Positions 12,668 through 26,978 of a DNA stretch of 64,000 nt are shown here, one piece after another. How positions within the stretch are numbered: the stretch's first letter is position 1; each line of letters opens with the position of its first letter. The stretch is from Octopus vulgaris (taxonomy: Eukaryota), in assembly GCA_951406725.2 (NCBI GenBank), contig OX597819.1:123070001-123134000 (forward strand), in the 5' to 3' direction. The notes under the pieces are model-generated. The model was not told the DNA's origin. It made no database searches and was given only the letters and a program-made list of their open reading frames with translations. The translations under genes and the position numbers were made by a program.

Positions 12668-14856
12668 TATTCTAGCCATCGCTTATTGTCTGTTTTTAAC
12701 AAGATACACTGGTTAGCCTTTTCCACGGTGGTTTGGATATCGTTCATGGTTGTATTCACTTTACGATGAGTTAGGCTTAACGATAACAACAGTCGCCTCG
12801 CACTGTATCCAACTAATCCTCTACATCCGACTTCACTTGGAAAATGCTCCGCTTTCCAGCCTGCGTCTCCATATTCCTCGAGGCTAATATTCGAAGATAT
12901 AAAAGGAAAAAAATTAATATTCTCATGTTTTCAATATCATATGTATACAATGCATAGAAACAAACTTGGTAAATAATTCAGTGCTTTTACAGTACATGAT
13001 CGCGTTTCCCAGTTTGACAACTCCATGTATGTGTAATAAGATCTCTAACAATTTGTTAGTTCGAAATTCGTCATTACATAACTGAAATAATTTACTTCTT
13101 CCTTTGTTTAGTACTGTAATCGGTTGTAATAGTATGTAATATTTCTCCGAAAAACATAAACCACACCTTCAAGATCAAAAGGGACCCGCGTTCAATAATG
13201 GGCCACTGTACGTGAATTGTTTCAATGGCGAAATGTTTTAGTGTTTCATAACAGAGTACACAGTTAAGAAATAGGCAAAAAGTAGACTTCAGCAAATTTT
13301 AACAATTTCAAATAAGGCTTGCGTTCAGATCAAGTCCTGTTTGTACCAGACTACGAAAAATATTACATACATACATACATGCACATACACATGCACATAT
13401 ACATATATGCACACGCGCACGCACACATGTACATATACACGCACTCATATACATATACACACAGGCACAAAGATACATGTACGAATGCTTGTATGTGTGT
13501 ATTTAAATGTACGTATACAGTGATTGTATGAATACACGTCACTGCGTAACATTTGAAGATATAACTTGAGGCATCTCTATCTAAATATCTATATACTTGA
13601 AGGAGAAAATATGCTACGTTTAACTAATAGGCGCTTTAACATAGGTTTGACGTTCAGATATACGTAAAGATATATATTTTAAAATGCAAATGGAGATAGG
13701 AGAACCAAGTCCGATTAAAAGTATATAGTAGTAGCGAAACGTAATTTTCACAGATACATACACAATAATTATGTATCAGTAACAAAGTACATTATTGATG
13801 CATTTTGAATGGCATAAACATATTAATATTTTGGCCCAGATTTGCCTTATATGCAGATATCTTACGTGAACTATTGACAATAGCGTCGTAGCAAGAGGGG
13901 TATGAGGTTTAATAGAGAGAAGTAAAGTTGAGCGTCGTGCGATACTAATCGCTTTCATTGTATTTGAAAACAATTATAGATTACGTTAAATTCAACTTAC
14001 ATTGAAAGCCAGCAAAGTTTGGTTTAATCCTGTTCATGCTATATTATTAGCATTATCCTACGTTTGAGAATAAAATTATTTCCTTATCTGTATCTGTCAA
14101 TTATAAATTAGCATTTACGTAATATACATTTCCCATTTTGGAACAGAGCCAGCAATTTCTGAGGTGAGGGTGAAGTCGATTACATCCACCACAGTATTAC
14201 ACTAGTACTTTGACAGGTATTTTGACAGGCGCTTTGACAGGTTTCTATTTTATCGACTCCGTCGCGTGACCCTGCGACGGATTGGCACCCCGCTCAGAAT
14301 GAGGTGGGGTTGTGACTTCGGCATTTTATACGCCATGACAAACGGGTAACCGGTCCTATCACTCCAGGGACTTGAGATAGTAATGTGAAATGGACTCCCT
14401 TACACATTATTAAGTGGGATGTATTTCAAGGTATTTTAATGGAACAATGGATGTAAAGGACAGGGCGAACAATATTTAAAGAAATATACAAATACTAACG
14501 AGATACATGTAAAAGGCACATTTCGAAACTTTGAGAGGCGAAATTCAAGCTCAGTTATAAATACATATGAGAGACGCAGGCGCTTTCGAATACTTCTAAA
14601 CGATGTGTGGCAAAAGTTTAAGTATAATCAACAAAATAAATGATCCTGACATAGATTTATCATCAGGCAAGTCTTTGGATACAGTTCCACAAGCTCTAAG
14701 ATTCAGTGTTGTCTTTTCGAAGTCTGGTGTAGATGCGCTGAGTTGTACATTAAGTATCAAAGCTCAGCCATAATAAAGGAGAATCATAACCGGCGTTTCT
14801 ACTGAGTTTAGCAGATAAATGTAGCTTCCTTACTCTCACGCACTATCTCCCTCACA

Positions 14857-15258
14857 GTGGAGGCGCAATGGCCCACTGGTTAGGGCACTGGACTTGCGGT
14901 CGTAGGATCGCAGTTTCGATTCCTAGACCGGGTGTTATGAGTGTTTTTGTTTTTTTTTTGAGCGAAAACACCTCAAGCTCCACAAGGCTCCACAAGGCTC
15001 CAGGAGGGGGTGACGGTGAATCCTGCTGTATTCTTTCACCACAACTTTCTCTCCCACTTTCTTCCTGTTTCTGTTGTATCTGTATTTCAAAGGGCCAGTC
15101 ATGTCACACATTGTGTCACGCTGAATCTCCCCGAGAACTACGTTAAGGGTACATGTGTCTGTGGAGTGCTCGGCCACTAGCACGTTAATTTCACGAGCAG
15201 GCTATTCCGTTGATTCGATCAACTGGAACCCTCGTCGTCGTAACCGACGGAGTGCCAC
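14857..15258 (+). mobile_element. SINE family C (alternative tail)
   Basis: Same head as 10264. The tail ..CTCGTCGTCGTAACCGACGGAGTG is shared with 50564 and 56402. Confidence 0.85.
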
Positions 15259-15489
15259 GATTTCCCTCACAACTAAACACAGACGAACATACTAGGTTGA
15301 GGTACACACACATTCACACACGCACACACAAAAACACACACACACACACACACATATGTATGAGTCTTGCAGTTATTCATCAAAGGCTTACAGAACGTTC
15401 AGCAGAGGCACGAATGTTGCTTTCATGTGCTGAACACAAATGATACTTGAGATATGAAAAATAAATTTTATATATATTAGAATCAAATT

Positions 15490-15678
15490 TTGGCACAAGG
15501 AGAGATATTTGAATTATGTTGACTCCAGTATTCAACAAATACTTACTTTATTGACCGGGGATTAAAGGCAAAGATGGCTTCAGCTGAATTTGAGCTCAGA
15601 ACATTAAAGATGAGCTAAATACCGTAAGAATTTCGTCCGGCTTGCTATCGATTCTGCCAGCTCTCGCTTTAAAGAGAA

Positions 15679-15745
<67 letters not shown>

Positions 15746-15976
15746 CGTGCGTGCGCATGTGTGTGTCTGTGTCTATGTTTGTGTGTGTGTTTATCCCCCC
15801 AACATCGCTTGACAACCGATGCTGGTGTGTTTACGTCCCCGTAACTTAGCGGTTCGGCAAAAGAGACCAATAGAATAAGTACTTGGCTTACAAAGAATAA
15901 GTCCTGGTGTCGATTTGCTCGACTAAAAGCAGTGCTCCAGCATGGCCGCAGTCAAATGACTGAAGCAATTAAAAGA

Positions 15977-16024
<48 letters not shown>

Positions 16025-16540
16025 ACAAGGGCACCAAGTTCGAGGAAGTCGGTAAGTCAATTACATCAAAACCAGTACTCAGCCTGTACTCATTTCATCG
16101 ACTCCAAAATGATGAATGGCGACGTTAACCTCAGCGGAATTCGAAATTAGAATCCGCTACGGATTTCGCACGGCGTGCTAACGATTCTACCAACTCGCCG
16201 ACTTAAAAATAAATATATGTATTGATATTAGATCTGTATTTATCTATAATACTTCACAGTAAAATATATAATGAATAGAGAGCAGTGGCTGTATGGTAAG
16301 AAACTTCCTTTCCAATCACATAGTTCTGGGTTCAGTCCTACTGCGTGGCACCTGAGGCAAGTGTCTTCTACCATAGCCAAGGGCCGACCAAAGCCTTTGA
16401 ATGGATTTGGTAGACGGAAACTGAAAGAAGCCCGTCGTATATATATATATATACGTATATACATTAGCATTTTAAGGAGTGGTCGGGTATAAAATATTTT
16501 AGTGTTGATTGAGTTGAAGGTGGTTCTGTCTCTAAAACTA

Positions 16541-16617
<77 letters not shown>

Positions 16618-16780
16618 GTGTGTTTGTATGTATGTATGTATGCTGGGTTTTTTACGTCCCCGTAAATTAGCGGTTCGGCAAAAGACACCGACGGAATAAG
16701 TTCTAAGCTTTGTTCGACTAAAGGCAGTGCTCCAGCATGGCCGCAGTGAATGAGTGAAACAAGAAAAAGACTAAAAGAGA
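15490..16780. mobile_element. Cluster of SINE fragments (B- 15490-15668, A+ 15680-15978, B- 16025-16203, A+ 16281-16460 and 16620-16780) with microsatellites
   Basis: Diagnostic family motifs are recognisable in each segment. Confidence 0.75.
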
Positions 16781-17397
16781 CTTCCGCAATCATATTCTAT
16801 GCTTTGCGTTCACTGCACTTCAGGGAAAACTAACCAATAGAATTTTTCATCACACTGTAGCTATATATATATGGCAGCGACGACAGGGCAGCGGCGGCAG
16901 GGCAGCGACAGCAGGGCAGCGCCATATGAAAGGAGAAAACAATTGCTTATCATCATTGCTTATCGTAAACATTTGATTCAAAATTTATGACAGAATAATA
17001 AAGTTATGAGAATTCTGTAACTAACGTTTCAAAAGTATTAAAAGAGAATTCATAACGCACTGATGCTAATAAATATTTATACCAAGCTAATGTTTCGTAA
17101 AGTCTTTTATGATAGTTCTGTACTTTTCTGGCAGCTGCTAGTGTCAGAATTAAAAGTTCTTTGTCCTTATTTCTCATTAGGACTTCAGAATGCGAAATAG
17201 TGTGCCAAATTAATTATAACGTTTAACGTCTAGTAATATAAAATGTGTTTTTCCTAGTATATGTGAGAATCGATTTATCTTCTAGGAAACGGGTTTCATT
17301 CGTTCTCAGATACTTGAAGAATCTCTTTTATTATTTAAGTAAAGAATATTTAGAACTAATGCTAGTTCTAAAACCTAAGAGATCAACGCAGTAGCTG

Positions 17398-17818
17398 TAC
17401 TCTTTTACGCTTTTACTCTTTTAACTTGTTTCAGTCATTTGACTGCGGCCATGCTGGAGCACCGACTTTAGTCGAGCAAATCGACCCCTGGACTTATTCT
17501 TTGTAAGCCCAGTACTTATTCTATCGGTCTATTTTGCCGAACCGCTAAGTGACGGGGACGTAAACACACTAGCATCGGTTGTTAAGCGATGTTGGGGGGA
17601 CAAACACAGACAACCCCCCCCACACACACACACACACATATATATACATATATACGACAGGCTTCTTTCAGTTTCTGTCTACCAAATCCACTCACAGGGT
17701 AGTGGTCGGCCCGGGGTTATAGTAGAAGACACTTGCCGAAGGGGCCACGCAGTGGGACTGAACCCGGAACCATGTGGTTGGTTAGCAAGCTAATTACCAC
17801 ACAGCCACTCCTGCGCCT
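17398..17818 (-). mobile_element. SINE family A, full length
   Basis: Complete head-to-tail match to the family A sequence. Confidence 0.9.
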
Positions 17819-18154
17819 GACAAGTAATATTCGTAGCCACTTTAACATGGGTGTCTGTTCGAGTGGACTCTATTGTGATTTTTTTAAACCCAAAAGGACG
17901 TCTCTTCTAGTTGGTTAACGATGCACAACTGCATCCGATAAAACTTCGAGCAGGGCAGCAAAACCCTACCGCCACTGAGAATTATTATAACTGGCTTTTG
18001 GGGACGGCGAGGGCTTAATTCTCCTTTATCTTCTCAGACATATCTGGTCGTTAACGGAGAGAGGTACGCTGAGTGGACAGAGAGCTTAGAAGAGCCATGA
18101 GAAGGAAGCAAAAGAATATAAAAACGATTCACCATTGTCATAGGAATGCATCCT

Positions 18155-19986
<1,832 letters not shown>

Positions 19987-20275
19987 AAAAGGGTAATAAT
20001 ATAGATTACTACCAGTGGCTCAGCACAAAAGACGAATTAGTCACTAGACAAAATATTATTCATGTAGAAATATAATTCGACTACATGAATAATATTTATA
20101 TATATATATATATATATATATAATCAACAATAATAAAGGGAAAAATTAATTAATTAATTAATAATTAATAATTTTACCAAGTATTTCGGTATGTTAAATG
20201 AACCTTTATCGGTAAACTTATACAAAAATTCTATAATTAAGAGTATAATTATAATTAAGGTTGAGCAAAAATTGT

Positions 20276-20648
20276 GAACTGGCAGAAACGTTAGCACGCC
20301 GGTGAAATACTTAGCGGTATTTCGTCTGCCGTTACGTTCTGAGTTCAAACTCCGCCGAGGTCGACTTTGCTTTCATCCTTTCGGATTCGATTAAATGAGT
20401 ACCAGTTACGCACTGAGGTTGGGGTAATCGACTTAATCCGTTTGTCTGTCCTTGTTTGTCCCCTCTGTGTTTAGCTCCTTGTGGGTAGTAAAGAAATAGA
20501 AATAGGTATTTCGTCTGTCTTTACGTTTTGAGTTCAAATTCCGCCGAGGTCGACTTTGCCTTTCATCCTTTCAGGGTCGATAAGTTAAGTATCAGTGGCG
20601 TACTGGGGTCAATCTAATGGACTGGCTCTCTCTCCCCAAAATTTCGGT
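20276..20648 (+). mobile_element. SINE family B hybrid dimer
   Basis: Head plus a long-tail monomer joined at GAAATA|GGTATTTCGTC to a short-tail-type body. Confidence 0.85.
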
Positions 20649-20718
20649 ATGTGGTGAAGCAAATTTTTGCTGGAACCTAATTATAATTATACTCATAATT
20701 ATAGAATATATATATATA

Positions 20719-20761
<43 letters not shown>

Positions 20762-20953
20762 CTATGTGTGTGTGTGAAGATGTATATGTATTGTACGGAT
20801 GGATTTGACCAGTTTAATACGGGATTGGCTTTTTCATTGCTCACAAGAAAAAATAAGTATATAGAGTTCCGTGTTTTCAGAACAAGACAATAAAATACCA
20901 AAAATGTAATATTTCTTCTAAGGAACTTTATTTTATAATATTCTGTGGTTGAA

Positions 20954-21168
20954 AGGCGGTGAACTGGCAGAAACGTTAGCACACCGATGAAATGCTTAGT
21001 GGTTTTTCGTCTGTCTTTACGTTTTGAGTCGAATTCCACCGAGGTCGACTTTGCCTTTAATCTTTTCGGGGTCGATAGATTAAGTACCAGTTGCGTACTG
21101 GGGTCGATCTAATCGACTGGCTCTTTCCTTCCCCAGATTCCGGGCCTCGTGCCTAATGTAGAAAAGAA
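20954..21168 (+). mobile_element. SINE family B, short-tail subfamily
   Basis: Full head, core and tail. Flanked by the direct repeat atattctgtggttgaaa (TSD). Confidence 0.88.
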
Positions 21169-21208
21169 TATTCTGTGGTTGAAAATTACTGACTAAATGG
21201 TTATTATA

Positions 21209-21349
21209 TTAGGTTGTCCCAAAAATTCGTAAACACTTGCGAAAATTGAATTTTTACTCGCCAAGTACTAACAAAAACAACAAAAATTATTCCTCAAAAT
21301 AAAGACCATTATTTTCCAAGACTTTCTACGAACTTTTGGGACAACCTTA
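21209..21349. mobile_element. mariner-derived MITE (about 141 bp)
   Basis: TA-ttaggttgtcccaaaaattcgta ... tacgaacttttgggacaacctta-TA. Confidence 0.88.
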
Positions 21350-21543
21350 TATTTTCCTACTTACTAGATATGGCAAACTTAACGTATAACGAACGAAGTA
21401 TTACTTTGACATTCAAACGGTAATTCACCTGAAGGTAATTATATGATAACGTTAAACCACGTGTTTTATAAAGGCAGGAATCGAGAACTAGAGTGGTTAA
21501 CGAATGAGCTGCATGATTTCACCACAGTCCGAACAGATTTATA

Positions 21544-22055
21544 TTAGTTAGTTAGTTAGTTAGTTAGTTAATTTTTTGGCTCAAAAGCAAAAAGCAAGGC
21601 CATGTAGGGGGACATGGAGTTAAGTACAGGGTGGTGTTCATGTAAAGAGTTCAGGCCACTTGAGGTCAAGGGAGACTTTGAACAAAGCGGGCGTCGGCAT
21701 CTTCACCATCTCGTCTGGCAGCTTGTTCCACGGATCCGCAACCCGGACGGAGAAACCTCCTCTCCTTCGATTGAGATGAAATCGTCGCAGGTAGAGCTTT
21801 TCGGAATGACCCCGCAGCCAACGCTCTGGGGCAGGAGTGAAGAACAGCTCTTTCGAGAGGTTACACTTTCCGCTTATGATGTTGTGAGCGAGAATGAGAT
21901 CACCACGGCGGCGGCGTTTTTCTAGAGAATAAAGGTCGAGCGTCTTCAGCCTTTCGTCATAAGACAAATTCTTGAGACCATGAAGCATGCGGGTAGCCAG
22001 CTTCTGGACTCTTTCGAGATGCTGTATGTCTTTGAGGAGATAAGGAGAAGAGGCT
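21544..22055 (-). mobile_element. CR1 LINE 3' fragment with (TAAC)n tail
   Basis: LSYDERLKTLDLYSLEKRRRRGDLI, LRGHSEKL, FSVRVADPWNKLP, FKVSLD: a classic CR1 ORF2 C-terminus. Confidence 0.93.
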
Positions 22056-22764
22056 ATTAAGATTGCCGTATGGTGGCAAGGGTGGAATGGATTATATGAG
22101 TAGTTGGTTGATACTCTATTTCTTGTAGAACTTGGTTTCAGATCCTATATTCAGTTAATTAGTTGGCTGTTCTGTAAATGTTCGTTTCTATGTTAAGTCG
22201 AAGCCCGTCATTAAGTTTTCTGTTACTGTAAATTTCAGTCTGAGAAATTTGCAAGTGAAAGGGATCCAGACTTGTCTATGACGAGCGGCTATGTAGCAAC
22301 GATAAGCGGTTTATTTGCGATGTTTATAGAATATTCATCCTGATTTTGGCAATAAGAAATTGGTGTGGCACTATTTCTTCTGAATCCAATGCAATTTTGG
22401 TTTGCAGTACTCTTCTTATCGTGGGTAATTCGATTATCGTAGAATTGATTAATCATTTTGGATAATTCTTGCTGAGAAATGCTTGGAATCTGTCCAAGTT
22501 TTAAAATAAGCGTTGAAATCTGGAGATATATTGATCAAGCGATATACGGGAAGTGTTTCAAAAATTCCTTAATCATGGAATAATGAATGAGAAAGTTTAA
22601 GGAATGTTAGAGATGATACCACATTTCATACATAGTTTTACGAATCTAGAAACAGATCTTCACCTGTTTCTCTCATAGATTGTGTAATTTAATTACCATA
22701 GAAATTTCAGCTTGGCTCAGAGTACTATCGTTATATGAAACATTCTGAAAAACAGTAATGAATA

Positions 22765-23911
22765 TCTCTCTACATATAAAACTGAAAATGTGTGTCTGTC
22801 TGTCAGTCTGTGTGTGTGTTTCCCTAAAACTTGAGAACTACACAATCAATTTCATTCAAATTTTACACATGCCTTACTTAGGGTCCGGGGAGTGTCATCG
22901 CCAAAAAACATTTTAACTTTTTGCCTAGGGCGAGCCCACAGCAATATCATATCTTCTCCACTACGATTCCCTAAAACTTGAGAACTACAAAACCAATTTC
23001 ATTCAAATTTTACACAGGCCTTACTTAGGGTCCATGTAGTTTCATGGGCAAAAAAATGTTCAGCTTCTTGCGTAGAGCGAGCCCATAGCAATATCATATC
23101 TTCTCCACTATTTCAGTATTACGTGTTAAAAGTGAAACAAAAACATTTCTCTATTTTATGTGAGATACTTTCACTTTAACAATAAAAATAATAATAACAA
23201 TTGAATTATATGTAGTAAGTAATAATTAAAATCAAACAAAAGTATAATATAATCGTAACATAACAGAAGTAAAAATAGCAATTGGTATAAAATTGCATCA
23301 ATGACTTGAATTTGAATAAGTGGTTTCACATGAATGGGAATAAATAAAAAGTAAAATTAGCGTGCAGAAATGGAATAGTCCAGATGGATAATAAAAAATT
23401 AAATTAAAGAAAAGACTATAAAGTATACAATGTAGAGAAAAAAGAAGATTTGAACACCTGGAGGAAAGCACAATTGAAAAGTGTCTTGGTGCGACTATGA
23501 AAGATATCTAACCAGAGGCGGTAAATTCGCCACAATAGAAGCAAGGTTCGAGTCAACGGAGCGTGCAAGGGAGTACTCGACTCGAACTTACAAAGTGGAA
23601 ATATTTTATTTTTACCTTTATATCTGGGACGTAGGACGCCCCGGAAAAAAATTAAAAATGTCCCCCGCCCCAGAAGTTGAGATAGGCTGGATTGTAGCCA
23701 CACTTCTATACAAGAGGGAGGACAAGATACAATTGATCGAAATTGCAAGAGACGGGTTTACAATTCCAGTCTGTTATATATTTTGAGTATTGTTATCACT
23801 AGCGATATCAAGATATAACTTTGTATTTTGTATTTTATGTGTAGATGTAATATCTACACATAGATACATGCACTAGCACTATGACCCGGCAACGACGGGT
23901 CATAATGCTAG
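22765..23911 (+). mobile_element. Non-autonomous Helitron
   Basis: A|TC start (tctctctacatataaaa followed by gtctgtct microsatellite). Subterminal hairpin tatgacccg-gcaacga-cgggtcata and CTAG|T end. Internal ~147-bp tandem duplication (about 22820-22962 and 22967-23110). Confidence 0.88.
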
Positions 23912-24299
23912 TATTTTCTAAAAGGACACGGTTTGGAGATAAAATGAAACCAGAAGCAACGGTAAAGGCTTGGGCTTATAGTTACAGACTTTTACTTGTC
24001 TCGGTCGTTTGATTCGGGTCCTGGTGAGGCACCAAATTTTGTTCCTATTGAGTACCAATAATTGCGATATAAGATCCATTTTAAGACACGAGTGACAACG
24101 GAATTATAAATAACTAGTTATAGCATGTAGTGACAGCTTGTGTTAAATCAACCAATCAGTGTAGCTTAAATATTGTCAGCCATTAAGAGACAAACAATTT
24201 TAATAGGGATGTTTTCTTTACTCTTCAAATATCCAATATTTCTGTGTCTTTCTTGTAAACCCTACTATATCTGCTTCCCATTTTTACATCAACTTTTCA

Positions 24300-24600
24300 C
24301 CACTAATTCTTCGCCATTATCCTAAACAACAGCTTTTTCTACTTCGATGATACCACATATAAACAGACATCATTCTTTCTATTTGGATTGGTTGGGGAGA
24401 AACAAATCTATCTGATTTTAATTGCCACTACATATATAGACCAGCTGGTGTGCATAGGAACCACATATCACTTTCGGATTTCCCATTCGTTTCCAGATAT
24501 GTAGATGATATCATAATTCTCGTGAACAATCAATTACCATGTATTAATATATTCTACGACGTCGATAAAGACATAGATTTTGATATAGAAACTCCTGGTG
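24300..24600 (+). mobile_element. Decayed Penelope-like RT fragment
   Basis: LNNSFFYFDDTTYKQ and FVSRYVDDIIIL..IDFDIE resemble PLE RT motifs. Confidence 0.6.
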
Positions 24601-24651
24601 GTGCTGTATTTCTATTTCTTTCTTCTTTTTCTCCCATTCTATCTCCCACTA

Positions 24652-25073
24652 TACTCTTTACTCTTTACTCTTTTATTTGTTTCAGTCATTTGACTGCGGC
24701 CATGCTGGAGCACCGCCTTTTAGTCGAGCAAATCGACCCCGGGACTTATTCTTTGTAAGCCCAGTACTTATTCTATCGGTCTCTTTTGCCGAACCGCTAA
24801 GTGTCGGGGACATAAACACACCAGCATCGGTTGTCAAGCAATTCTAGGGGGAACAAACACAGACACACAAACACACACACACATATATATATATTTATAT
24901 ATATACATATATACGACAGGCTTCTTTCAGTTTCCGTCTACCAAATCCACTCACAAGGCATTGGTCGGCCCGGGGCTATAGCAGAAGACACTCGCCCAAG
25001 ATGCCACGCAGTGGACTGAACCCTGAACCATGTGGTTGGTTAGCAAGCTACTTACCACACAGCCACACCTGCG

Positions 25074-25076
<3 letters not shown>
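24652..25076 (-). mobile_element. SINE family A, full length
   Basis: Complete family match. Confidence 0.92.
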
Positions 25077-25140
<64 letters not shown>

Positions 25141-25634
25141 TTATATTTATATATATTTATTTATATATATTTATATATATCGGTTCCGTTTTCAGCAGAG
25201 AAAGACGTGATTGCCTTTGCTCTGTGAAAAAGTTTGCATAGAACGGCGAAATAACCCACTGTAGTTGCAAAACGTAAAACTCTAAGTCATAGAGATCACT
25301 ACAACACTTTGGTTAAAAATATTTTAAAAAATATATATATAAATATATACATATACACAGTAATTTTCATTTTCGCCGAAACGCACATGGTGCAAAAATA
25401 ACTGAATCAAGTTATCTCCTGCAAGAAAGAAAAAGAAGTATCTCTCCTGAAAAAAATCCCGTAAACCAAAAAAAATAATCCAGACCACATTGTTGGATTA
25501 AGTATCAATTTCATCTATTTCATATTTTATTTATTATTCTATTTTATCTTTCACTTAGGCCCACATCTTAGTTAAAGTTGCGATCGTCATTTTGTTTGTT
25601 TACATTTTCAATATCTATTATCGATATAATAATT

Positions 25635-26918
25635 TTCCAGATACTCTATCTTCTAATTAGCCTTAAGATTAAATTAAATAACGTTCAATATTGATACCGT
25701 CAAATTAGCCTTAGGATTAAATTAAATAACGTTTAATATTGTTTAATATTGTTAATAATTATTGTTAATTAGCCTTAAGATTAAATTAAATAACGTTTAA
25801 TATTGTTTTGATATTGTTAATAATTTTTCAGATACTCTATCTTCTAATTAGCCCTAAGATTAAATTAAATAACGTTTAATATTAATAACGTCTAATTAGC
25901 CTTAGGATTAGATTAAATTAAATAACGTTTAATATTGTTAATAATTATTGTTAATTAGCCTTAGGATTAAATTAAATAACGTTTAATATTGTTTAATATT
26001 GTTAATAATTACTGTTAATTAGCCTTAAGATTAAATTAAATAACGTTTAATATTGTTTAATATTGTTAATAATTATTGTTAATTAGCCTTAGGATTAAAT
26101 TAAATAACGTTTAATATTGTTTAATATTGTTAATAATTATTGTTAATTAGCCTTAAGATTAAATTAAATAACGTTTAATATTGTTTTAATATTGTTAATA
26201 ATTCTTCAGATACTCTATCTTCTAATTAGCCTTAAGATTAAATTAAATAACGTTTAATATTACCCACACTCTAATATAATATTAACATTGCTAATATATT
26301 TTCAGATACTCTATCTCCTGATTAGCCTTAAGATTAAATAACGTTTTTATCTACACTCTAATATAATATTAATATTGCTAATACATTTTCAGATACTCTA
26401 TCTTCTAATTAGCCTTAAGATTAAATTAAATAACGTTTAATATTAATAACGTCTAATTAGCCTTAAGATTAAATTAAATAACGGTTAATATTGCTTAATA
26501 TTGTATATATAATTTTTCAGATACTCTGTCTTCTAATTAGCCTTAAGATTAAATTAAATAACGTTTAATATTACCCACACTCTAATATAATATTAATATT
26601 GCTAATATATTTTCAGATACTCTATCTCCAAATTAGCCTTAAGATTAAATAACGTTTTTTTTTTACCCACACTCTAATATAATATTAATATTGCTAATAT
26701 ATTTTCAGATACTCTATCTCCTAATTAGCCTTAAGATTAAACAACGTTTTTATCCACACTCTAATATAATATTAATATTGCTAATACATTTTCAGATACT
26801 CTATCCCCTAATTAGCCTTAAGATTAAATAACGTTTTTACCCAAATAACGTTTTTACACAAACTTTAATATTGTTAATATTTCTTTTTCAAGTACTCTAT
26901 CTTCTAATTAGCCTTAAT
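25635..26918. repeat. Modular AT-rich tandem array, 18 copies of the core TAATTAGCCTTA(A/G)GATTAAA(TTAAA)TAACGTTT
   Basis: Cores counted at 25654, 25702, 25766, 25845, 25893, 25952, 26016, 26080, 26144, 26223, 26319, 26406, 26454, 26534, 26630, 26722, 26809 and 26905 (partial). Confidence 0.95.
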
Positions 26919-26978
26919 ATCTTCCTGTCTTCTCTCGAACATAATTAGATAGATAAACGGATAGACGGATTATCCAGC

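Noticed and set aside
20168-20218. Minus-strand CCGATAA-aggt...acc-GAAATACTTGGTA hammerhead-like motif
   Set aside because: Two core mismatches and the register is off. Not supportable without a family consensus.
25635-26918. Repeat-spacer appearance suggesting a CRISPR array
   Set aside because: The spacers are reused modules of variable length rather than unique sequences. There are no cas genes, and the context is eukaryotic.
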